DNA from: a virus
Lineage: Duplodnaviria > Caudoviricetes
Length of the DNA: 27,367 bases
IMG/VR virus record: IMGVR_UViG_3300006754_000123
Span: 1-27,367 of that record
Reading direction: 5' to 3' (one strand)
Shown here one piece after another: positions 26,670-27,367 of this stretch. The translations under genes were made by a program, and so were the position numbers. Below the pieces are notes generated by a model. The model was given only the letters and a program-made list of their open reading frames with translations, searched no databases and had not been told where the DNA came from. The stretch's first letter is position 1. Every line of letters starts with the position of its first letter.

Positions 26670-27009
26670 AGTAAGCAGAAAGCAAGCGCAACTTAATACC
26701 GCACTGAATAAGGTATATAAAGAGCTGCGCGATACTTTGCCGCCTTATTGTAGTGGGTGCGGCCGTAGTGATGTTGTGTTAAGTTTTAGCCACCTTATCC
26801 CAAGATCAAGGCGCAGCGATTTAATAACTGAGAAAAGAAATATAAAATACCACTGCTTAGGTGGGGGGGATAATGCAAGGAAAGGATGCCATCAGTTATG
26901 GGAAGGAGGGATTAAAGATAAGCAAAAGCTTTTAGATTACCACAGCAATCTAGAATACATATTGGAAGTAGATACGGAATACTATTTCCTAATCACCGAA
27001 AAGAATTAA
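26662..27009 (+). CDS. HNH-like zinc-binding nuclease
   Basis: CSGC, SHLIPRS, NI...C...CH motifs. Confidence 0.7.
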   Translation: MRKVSRKQAQLNTALNKVYKELRDTLPPYCSGCGRSDVVLSFSHLIPRSRRSDLITEKRNIKYHCLGGGDNARKGCHQLWEGGIKDKQKLLDYHSNLEYILEVDTEYYFLITEKN

Positions 27010-27046
27010 GAATGCCTACAACCGAAAAGAATTAAGAATGCCTACA
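26995..27046 (+). repeat. Perfect 26-bp tandem duplication at a gene junction
   Basis: ACCGAAAAGAATTAAGAATGCCTACA at 26995-27020 and 27021-27046. Confidence 0.95.
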
Positions 27047-27367
27047 TTCCCAAAGAAAAAGAAACGGCCGTGGATTCCCACAAGAACACCCGCGCCAATA
27101 GGGAACACGAGTAGAAGCAATACACCAGCAGAATTGATAAAGTTTTACAATAGTAAGCAATGGAGAAGCTTGCGCCAGTATTACTTACAAATGAATCCGC
27201 TTTGCGAACTATGTAATAAGGCGGGCTACACGATACCAGCTGCGGAGATAGATCACCTGACGCCCATTCGTTTAGGCGGCCAGCGGGTAGATATTAAGAA
27301 CTTACAGAGTTTATGCAAACAATGCCACGCACGCAAGAGCGGTAGGGAAGCACATCGCAGAAAATAA
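27038..27367 (+). CDS. Terminase-associated HNH endonuclease (HK97 gp74-like)
   Basis: FYNSKQWRSLR, NPLCELC, IDHLTPI..GG, NLQSLCKQCHARKS. Confidence 0.92.
   Translation: MPTFPKKKKRPWIPTRTPAPIGNTSRSNTPAELIKFYNSKQWRSLRQYYLQMNPLCELCNKAGYTIPAAEIDHLTPIRLGGQRVDIKNLQSLCKQCHARKSGREAHRRK

Overview
The window looks like an essentially complete ~27.4 kb HK97-type siphovirus genome. It opens just upstream of the small terminase and ends on the stop codon of the terminase-associated HNH gene. All credible genes are on the + strand, in this order: packaging, head, neck and tail genes (with a -1 frameshifted tail chaperone), a lysis cassette, a regulatory intergenic region, small early genes, then replication and DNA-metabolism genes. 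A-rich, Shine-Dalgarno-poor starts and TAnnTTTG motifs suggest a Bacteroidota host (inference). No integrase, repressor, DNA polymerase or DNA methyltransferase is recognisable. Most notable: (1) a DNA base-hypermodification cassette of a TET/JBP dioxygenase, a radical SAM/SPASM enzyme and a T4 beta-glucosyltransferase-like protein, two of which end in clamp-binding-like QxxLF motifs; (2) a cluster of three XerD-type dif arms inside the late operon of a phage with no integrase; (3) a candidate antisense RNA complementary to repeated early-gene leaders. All protein calls are by-eye motif and synteny recognition; no searches were run.
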